Below are positions 6,561 to 12,331 of a stretch of DNA of 12,331 nt, one piece after another. This stretch comes from Pseudomonadota bacterium (lineage in GTDB: Bacteria; UBA10199; 2-02-FULL-44-16; JBDRGF01). Both the position numbers and the translations under genes were made by a program. The notes under the pieces are model-generated. The model saw only the letters and a list, made by a program, of their open reading frames with translations, ran no database searches and had not been told where the DNA came from. The stretch is taken from positions 1-12,331 of the forward strand of contig JBDRGF010000035.1 of NCBI GenBank assembly GCA_043818055.1, in the 5' to 3' direction. The stretch's first letter is position 1, and every line of letters begins with the position of its first letter.

Positions 6561-8855
6561 ATGAAAGACAAAAAAACACTCTACCATTCTTTTCTATATG
6601 CATTGCCTTTTATTACCTTTGTTTTTTGGGTAATCATTGCTGTTTGCGTTATAGTTTTATCAAAAAATGCTGTTTATCATGAACATTCTGTTATGATGAC
6701 AAGAGTATTGAAAAGTCTGTCAACTCAAGTTGCAAAAGACATTCAATATGGGGACTATTATCAAGTTAAAAAAACGTTTGGGGACTTTTATGATGGTTCA
6801 CAAATGCGCTATTTTGCACTTTATCTCGCTAATGGTAATTTGATTGTTGAGTATCCCGATTCTGGACAAACATCAAAAGATGGTCTTAAATTCCATAGCA
6901 ACATTCGAGACGGACAGGGAGATGTTATCGGTTCAATAATATTAGAAAGTGATACAAGCTCTACTGATAGAATCATATTTAAAGAAATTATTTTTTTTGT
7001 TATATTTGGGGTTTGTATAGTCATTATTGAAATGATCATTTTGTTAATTATGGCTAAAAGATATTTGAAACCTATAGCAAATTTTGCTGCTGAACTTGAT
7101 ATTATCAACCCCAATAATTATGAGGAAATCGAAGGGTATATCTTGAATTGTCAACAAAAATCATATGCAACAAAAGAACTGCAATCTTTTACGAAAGCGT
7201 ACTCTAGATCCATTCAAATGATATTAGCTTTTCATAGAAAAGCGGAGAAAATGAAAACTCTTGCAGCCATCGGTCAAACAACATCCATGCTTGCGCACGA
7301 TGTTCGCAAACCTTTTTCAATAGTTAAAGCAATGATGGAGTCATATGATACTTATATAAATGACCCCGTGGCGTTGAAGGAAGCTAAGCAATCGTTAGAC
7401 AAATCAATCAAACACGTTGAATCGATGCTCAATGACATTATGGACTTTTCCAGGGATGTAAAATTGGATGTTAGACCTGCTTCAGTTATTCCAGTGATTG
7501 ATTTTTCAATTCGTCAGGTTTCCCAGAATCATAAAGATACAGCTATAAATTTTAATTACAATATTACACACACCAAACATCCCCTTATCGATGATGAAAG
7601 AATTGCTCGTGTTTTTACTAATATTCTCTCAAACGCCGTGGAAGCGATCATTCAAATTGGAAAAAGAGAACACGGCACGATTGATATCTCAACTCATGAT
7701 CTTAATGGCCTCGATAACAATACAGTTGCTATTGTTATCGGTAACGACGGACCACCACTTAAAGTAGAGGACATTCCCAATATGTTTGAAACTTTTTTTA
7801 CAAAGGGTAAAAGAAAAGGAACTGGCATAGGGTTGGCTTCAGCGCATAAAATTATAGCTCTACATGGCGGTAAGATTGTTGCTCGCAATAGGGAGGAAGG
7901 GAGAGGAGTAGAATTTATTATCATAGTGCCTGCATCTGATCTCGCTGAGACAAATGACATTTCCAGATTACCCAAGAACATAAAAGAGACACAATTTGTA
8001 GAGGCTACAAAGGATGAGAGTGAGATAGAAAATATGATATCAGATCTTGTAAAGAGCATGCATAACATCAAAATATTGTTGCTTGAAGACGAAGCTCTTT
8101 ACAGGGCATCAGTGAGAAATACGATAAAGCAGAATAGGTCGCTGGACCAAATGATTACATTATATGAAGCCCATAATGTTGGAGAGGCTCTTGCTCTTAT
8201 AAAAAAGGAGAAGATAACACACGCAATTGTCGATATCGATCTGGGAGAGTTGAAAAATGGTTTTGATTTCCTCAATGAAGTTAAAATGGGATTTCCAAAT
8301 CTACGATGCATGGTTCATTCTAATAGATGTATTGAAGAGGATAAAAAGAAAGCTGTTGATCTGGGAGCTCTGGCATTCGTGCCTAAGCCTTTAAATATCG
8401 AACATCTGGTTGAATTTTTGGCAGGTAAAAAAATAGAGAATGCTCAAACAAGTGAGCTTATAGAAAAATCCAAAACTGATAATCATTCAACGATTTTGTT
8501 AGTCAATGACGAACAACCATTAATCATAATGATGAAAAGCATGTTGAACAGTGCCGCTAAGTTAAATAAGGATTCAAATATGATCTTGGAATTTAGCGTT
8601 GCACAAAGTTACGACGAAGCTGTTACATTGATGAAGAATCATAACTTTGATTATATTTTTAGCGATTTAAACTTGAAAGAAACCAAAAATGGAATGGACA
8701 TTATAAAGACAGCCAAAGAACTAAAGCAACTGTCGAAAATATATATAGTCTCAGGTACTCAGCGATGCGATGCAGAGCCAGAAGCACTGGAGCTTGGCGC
8801 AGATGGTTACTTGCAACTTCCTGTAAATGCAAATGACTTCGTTGGAATCATATAA
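6561..8855 (+). CDS. Membrane-bound hybrid sensor histidine kinase (2 TM, periplasmic loop, HisKA, HATPase_c, two REC domains)
   Basis: Two hydrophobic helices flank a ~105-aa loop. H-box MLAHDVRKP (His246), N-box NILSNAVEA, G1 NDGPP, F-box FETFFT, G2 GTGIGL. REC1 is ILLLEDE..AIVDIDL..FVPKP and REC2 is ILLVNDE..IFSDLNL..YLQLP. The gene starts 5 nt after the SBP stop. Confidence 0.93.
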   Translation: MKDKKTLYHSFLYALPFITFVFWVIIAVCVIVLSKNAVYHEHSVMMTRVLKSLSTQVAKDIQYGDYYQVKKTFGDFYDGSQMRYFALYLANGNLIVEYPDSGQTSKDGLKFHSNIRDGQGDVIGSIILESDTSSTDRIIFKEIIFFVIFGVCIVIIEMIILLIMAKRYLKPIANFAAELDIINPNNYEEIEGYILNCQQKSYATKELQSFTKAYSRSIQMILAFHRKAEKMKTLAAIGQTTSMLAHDVRKPFSIVKAMMESYDTYINDPVALKEAKQSLDKSIKHVESMLNDIMDFSRDVKLDVRPASVIPVIDFSIRQVSQNHKDTAINFNYNITHTKHPLIDDERIARVFTNILSNAVEAIIQIGKREHGTIDISTHDLNGLDNNTVAIVIGNDGPPLKVEDIPNMFETFFTKGKRKGTGIGLASAHKIIALHGGKIVARNREEGRGVEFIIIVPASDLAETNDISRLPKNIKETQFVEATKDESEIENMISDLVKSMHNIKILLLEDEALYRASVRNTIKQNRSLDQMITLYEAHNVGEALALIKKEKITHAIVDIDLGELKNGFDFLNEVKMGFPNLRCMVHSNRCIEEDKKKAVDLGALAFVPKPLNIEHLVEFLAGKKIENAQTSELIEKSKTDNHSTILLVNDEQPLIIMMKSMLNSAAKLNKDSNMILEFSVAQSYDEAVTLMKNHNFDYIFSDLNLKETKNGMDIIKTAKELKQLSKIYIVSGTQRCDAEPEALELGADGYLQLPVNANDFVGII

Positions 8856-8885
8856 TATGACAACAGAGTATATCCCGGTTTTTAC

Positions 8886-8914
8886 TACATGCCACATGCT
8901 TTGAACCACATGCT
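8886..8914 (+). repeat. Heptamer YACATGC repeats in the convergent intergenic gap
   Basis: TACATGC (8886-8892), CACATGC (8893-8899), TTTGAAC, CACATGC (8907-8913), in 7-bp register. Confidence 0.55.
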
Positions 8915-8921
8915 GCTTTTA

Positions 8922-11900
8922 TTATTCCATCATAGGCATATCGACGATAATAGGTGGGGGAGTTTTTGAATTTTCAAGTAAAGAGTTCTGAATGATTTTT
9001 TGCGTGTCTGCATAGCTGATACCTCCGACATAAGGGCGACCGGGGAGGACAAAGGCGCTGGAATGAAAAGATAGGGGGACGCGTTTAATCCCCCACGTTT
9101 CATCTATACAGGCATCTTTTCCTAAAATTTTTTCCCATTTCAAGCATCTGAAAGAATCAGCAATTATTATCCATTCATCTTTGCATTGGAAAATGTAACG
9201 GTCATCCATTGCAAAAGGTTTGCAGCTAGAATCAATTTTCACTGGCTGAAAATTTTCAGGTCGCCTGGATGCTTCACCACGAATTAAAATATCAAAGCTG
9301 TTACCCGGAATATATACACCTAAATCAGGATTATCGGTTCTTGTATGACTCCATCTTGAATAAGGAATGAGAATCAATTCATTTCCTCCAATAACAGGGG
9401 ACTCTATCGAACATTCTTTTGTAATCTTGCAATATTCAAAATGATCGGCAACTCCATCTATTATGGCTCCTGCCCCAGCATCCCAAATCCCACCAAACTT
9501 TTCTCCGTTCAATATGGTGTCAGGATTTTTAACATAAAGAGCATCTACATAATAAGACAAGTTATCGGTCATCAGTTTTTCAATAGAATCACGATCTCTC
9601 ATTGAACTCACATATGTCTGATATGCCCAGCCCGGAGCGGCTTTCAGTTGTTCATCTGTCAGATATTTTGCCTCGAAATCCCATATTCCATCAAGTCCGT
9701 TTGGCCCTCCTAAATCAACTCTCCAGTAACCATCTGAACATAGGATTGATATGTCCGCCCAGCCATCTGCAAATCTATGACCTTGGATATGTCGTCCTCC
9801 TAAATCACTCACCGCAGGCCTTGAGTATTTGCTCTTCCATGGGTCGATATTTAATTCGTCCTTCCAGTCATATTGAAGCTCTTTGTCCCACTTTGTTATC
9901 TGATTTTCTCTCCCGTTTATGTAATCGACGTTCATATATTCGATATGCCATTTGCCATGCTCTTTATCGTAAAGCATTAGATCAGATCTGTGATCTGCGT
10001 CCATGTCCTTCACATATGGCAAAACCCATTTACTGTTGAGCTGGTTATATTTGATCATGATATCCCATGAGCCGTATTTCTCCGGATATTTATCACAATA
10101 GCCGTCTGTCTCTTTCACTCCTTTGAGATCGGAACACCATGCGCTATCAGCACCCTTTGAACTCAAATCCACCTTAAACTCCCCCCTCTTCCAGCTCACA
10201 AGATCCATCAATCCATCGCCATCGACATCCATATCGACACTCATCTGATCTCCACTCGGCCAGAGAAGATCATCCGAACACAATGGATCGCTTGAGCTGC
10301 CGTCGGGATCGTATTTTATGCAGACCAGCCCTACTCCCTCTGAACGCATCGATATAATATCCTGTTTGCTCATTCGATTGATAGCGCCTGTTTTTTGTTT
10401 CAACGCTGGATATTTTACAGAAATCGTCTGCCAGTAGTTATCGACAGCTTTTAATAGTTTATCCATCTTAGGCTGGACGCCGATTTTCCTGCCGGTTGTA
10501 TCCTTCTGACTATCGCCAGTTGATCTAACAAACTCCCTCAGCTTCTTCGGCATGATATATCTCATCCGTCCATTGCCTGCTAATTGCATAAATCTGCTCT
10601 GAGCCAGTGTAACAGCTCCACCGACTATCGCAGTTGCAGCCGAGGTTCCGCCAAATCTGTTTGTATAGAACTTGTGTTTGTCGTTCACAGGGTCCTGGGA
10701 TGGCGGGCCGTTTGCGCCGCTCCAGTAAAAAGGAGAGGTTGAAGCATCGCCATATGGATATGATGTCGTAACTATGCCGCTACCCCATGAATATGTATCA
10801 ACACGGGGGCTGTAGTTGCTAAAAGATGCCTTTTGCATATTAGCACCTTCGCTTGCTCCTACCATAATAGCCCCGCTGTCCTGTGTCGTCGGATTGACCC
10901 AGACACTCCACTGGCCTGTGTATTGAGCATGGTCGCCGATATCTAAACCGGAATTCCCGGCACCTTCAACGACTGTGATTCCCATCGCTGAAAGCGTTTG
11001 GAAATATTTCATCTTGTCGGGAACAACCTCCGAAGGTAACTGACCAGCATTATAACAGGGCTCGCCAAACTTACAGTCTATTTTTCCATCCTTCCCCATT
11101 ACTGCGGATTCGATGAGATGAACTGAACCCGGGAATGTGTTCGAATCATGATCGTCACCTAATGGGAAAATATTTGCCTCTTTATAATAAACCGGCGGAT
11201 TCCCGGCTAATAACTTTGCATCCGGTGCAATCCCCCTTACGCCAAAATTAGAGGTTCCATTATGTGAAGCGTTTACCATGCCTGCAACAGCTGTCCCGTG
11301 TCCTATTACCAGATACATACAATCAATGCCGCACGATATGTAATATGGTTGTTTGTCCATCGGGAGATGATCTGCAAGAGATGTTTTTTCTCCAACGAGA
11401 GAGCCCTTTGGATTGTTCTGTTCATCATATACTGTATAGTTAAGCTGTAGATCCTCGTGAAAGAAATTATATGCTGCATCATCGTTGTATATATGCACAC
11501 CTTTGCCTGTAACTCCAAGATTCCAGGCATATTGAGTATCTATTCCTCCATTTGCTGTCAAATATCCCTGCTGGGATGAAAGATCGGGCGTCGTTATAGC
11601 TGTGAGCACCTTCTGCAGATGGGGATAGATGTATTCGACGCCGTAGAAATCTTTTAGTTTGTTGTATAAAAGAAGAGCCTCTTTGGGTTCTGCCTTGAAG
11701 TAATAGATCGAGTTGAGATCGGGGAGTTCTTCGGAGTTTAATTCTTCAAGATCGCGTTTGAAAGTGTCATAAGCGTCCTGATCCATATTGAGATATCGTC
11801 TCACCTCAACCGATGGATGTTCTTCGAGTATTCTATTAAGATCATCGGCAAGGGTTTGATAGTAGAAGTTGCGCACTTCGAATTGGGGTTGTGGTTTTGT

Positions 11901-12164
11901 TGCTGTATTGTAGGGGCAGACCCCCGTGTCTGCCCATTTATAAGAAGGCGGGCAACCACGGGGGGTTGCCCCTACATTTAATCTAACCTTCAAATCATCC
12001 CTGAAATGCACGACGAGCTCACCGAGATATCGATCGGACATTATCATATCTTCAGGGGTTAGCTCTTTGGTTATGGAATCTGTGGGAGGGTCGTAAAGAG
12101 CATCATTTCCTTTGCTTCCGCAACCTGCAATTAAAAATAAAAACAGTAGGAAGAAAAGGCGCAT
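8922..12164 (-). CDS. S8 family (subtilisin-like) serine peptidase lipoprotein with N-terminal prodomain and C-terminal FG-GAP/VCBS-like repeats
   Basis: Likely start is ATG 12164 (Met51 of the track ORF), giving MRLFFLLFLFLIAG-C with a lipobox. Triad motifs are GKGVHIYNDD (Asp), GHGTAVAG (His) and FGGTSAATAIVGG (Ser), with oxyanion GAGNSG and ASFSNYS..VD. Ca-binding-like repeats DVDGDGLMDL, DMDADHRSDL and ADGWADI follow. Confidence 0.9.
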   Translation of the reverse strand: MRLFFLLFLFLIAGCGSKGNDALYDPPTDSITKELTPEDMIMSDRYLGELVVHFRDDLKVRLNVGATPRGCPPSYKWADTGVCPYNTATKPQPQFEVRNFYYQTLADDLNRILEEHPSVEVRRYLNMDQDAYDTFKRDLEELNSEELPDLNSIYYFKAEPKEALLLYNKLKDFYGVEYIYPHLQKVLTAITTPDLSSQQGYLTANGGIDTQYAWNLGVTGKGVHIYNDDAAYNFFHEDLQLNYTVYDEQNNPKGSLVGEKTSLADHLPMDKQPYYISCGIDCMYLVIGHGTAVAGMVNASHNGTSNFGVRGIAPDAKLLAGNPPVYYKEANIFPLGDDHDSNTFPGSVHLIESAVMGKDGKIDCKFGEPCYNAGQLPSEVVPDKMKYFQTLSAMGITVVEGAGNSGLDIGDHAQYTGQWSVWVNPTTQDSGAIMVGASEGANMQKASFSNYSPRVDTYSWGSGIVTTSYPYGDASTSPFYWSGANGPPSQDPVNDKHKFYTNRFGGTSAATAIVGGAVTLAQSRFMQLAGNGRMRYIMPKKLREFVRSTGDSQKDTTGRKIGVQPKMDKLLKAVDNYWQTISVKYPALKQKTGAINRMSKQDIISMRSEGVGLVCIKYDPDGSSSDPLCSDDLLWPSGDQMSVDMDVDGDGLMDLVSWKRGEFKVDLSSKGADSAWCSDLKGVKETDGYCDKYPEKYGSWDIMIKYNQLNSKWVLPYVKDMDADHRSDLMLYDKEHGKWHIEYMNVDYINGRENQITKWDKELQYDWKDELNIDPWKSKYSRPAVSDLGGRHIQGHRFADGWADISILCSDGYWRVDLGGPNGLDGIWDFEAKYLTDEQLKAAPGWAYQTYVSSMRDRDSIEKLMTDNLSYYVDALYVKNPDTILNGEKFGGIWDAGAGAIIDGVADHFEYCKITKECSIESPVIGGNELILIPYSRWSHTRTDNPDLGVYIPGNSFDILIRGEASRRPENFQPVKIDSSCKPFAMDDRYIFQCKDEWIIIADSFRCLKWEKILGKDACIDETWGIKRVPLSFHSSAFVLPGRPYVGGISYADTQKIIQNSLLENSKTPPPIIVDMPMME
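11909..11976. repeat. GTAG-type REP doublet (REPIN-like) inside the S8 CDS
   Basis: TGTAGGGGCAGACCCCCGTGTCTGCCC (11909-11935) and an inverted copy at 11950-11976 (reverse complement TGTAGGGGCAACCCCCCGTGGTTGCCC). Each is GTAG followed by a palindromic stem; the spacer is 14 bp. Confidence 0.85.
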
Positions 12165-12187
12165 GTAGCATGTGGTGAAAGAACTCA

Positions 12188-12282
12188 CCCCCATCCGCCC
12201 TTCGGGCACCTCCCCCCGTTCAGGGGGAAGGGCAGAGGGGAAAGTATCATTGAGGGCACCTTCCGCCGTCCAGGGGGAAGGG
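12188..12282. repeat. GC-rich structured intergenic repeat; one long copy and one partial direct copy
   Basis: CCCCCATCCGCCCTTCGGGCACCTCCCCCCGTTCAGGGGGAAGGG (12188-12232) has a GCCC-TTC-GGGC hairpin and a CCCCC..GGGGG hairpin. Positions 12204-12232 are repeated at 12254-12282 with 3 mismatches in 29 nt. Confidence 0.7.
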
Positions 12283-12301
12283 AGGGGACAGAAAGCAAAG
12301 C

Positions 12302-12327
12302 GGGCGGGTTTCAAACCCGCCCCTACA
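12302..12327 (-). repeat. GTAG-type REP element
   Basis: The reverse complement is TGTAGGGGCGGGTTTGAAACCCGCCC: GTAG followed by a perfect GGGCGGGTTT/AAACCCGCCC palindrome, with the same TGTAGGGGC head as the 11909-11976 copies. Confidence 0.85.
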
Positions 12328-12331
12328 TTGA

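Noticed and set aside
6821..8311. Three minus-strand ORFs (6821-7114, 7694-8071, 8099-8311)
   Set aside because: They are antisense shadows of the well-supported histidine kinase.
9602..11530. ORFs 9602-10039 (+) and 11306-11530 (-)
   Set aside because: They lie wholly inside the S8 gene (antisense or alternate frame) and have no recognisable features.
12165..12314. N-terminal 50 aa of the 1130-aa track ORF (TTG start at 12314)
   Set aside because: It is a translation of intergenic repeats (PLPSPW..LPPERGEVPEGRMG). The lipoprotein signal peptide begins at ATG 12164.
1..12331. CRISPR array, tRNA/rRNA, transposase or integrase
   Set aside because: I saw no regularly spaced repeat-spacer units, RNA-gene signatures or recombinase motifs.

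Overview
Bacterial DNA, probably from a Gram-negative organism (sigma-54/IHF promoter, periplasmic-type binding protein, lipoprotein). An AT-rich, co-oriented + strand cluster (414-8855) lies downstream of a textbook sigma-54 promoter, with two phased palindromic activator sites, an IHF site and a -24/-12 box. The cluster encodes a MATE exporter, a class I SAM methyltransferase and a cobalamin-binding radical SAM enzyme with a long C-terminal extension resembling a peptide-recognition module. Next is a 16-aa ORF missed by the ORF track (MKLIEVVACEAEQPIA, 4875-4925), which has a strong RBS, overlaps the rSAM stop codon and is followed by a perfect 14-bp hairpin. The cluster ends with an orphan family-5 peptide-binding protein and a membrane hybrid histidine kinase with two receiver domains. 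My inference is a RiPP-based peptide signalling (quorum-sensing-like) module: precursor, modifiers, exporter, periplasmic receptor, sensor kinase and a sigma-54 feedback promoter. Convergent to it is a more GC-rich S8 (subtilase) lipoprotein gene with FG-GAP-like repeats. It carries an in-frame GTAG-type REP doublet, has further repeats upstream, and has inverted heptamer motifs at both ends.
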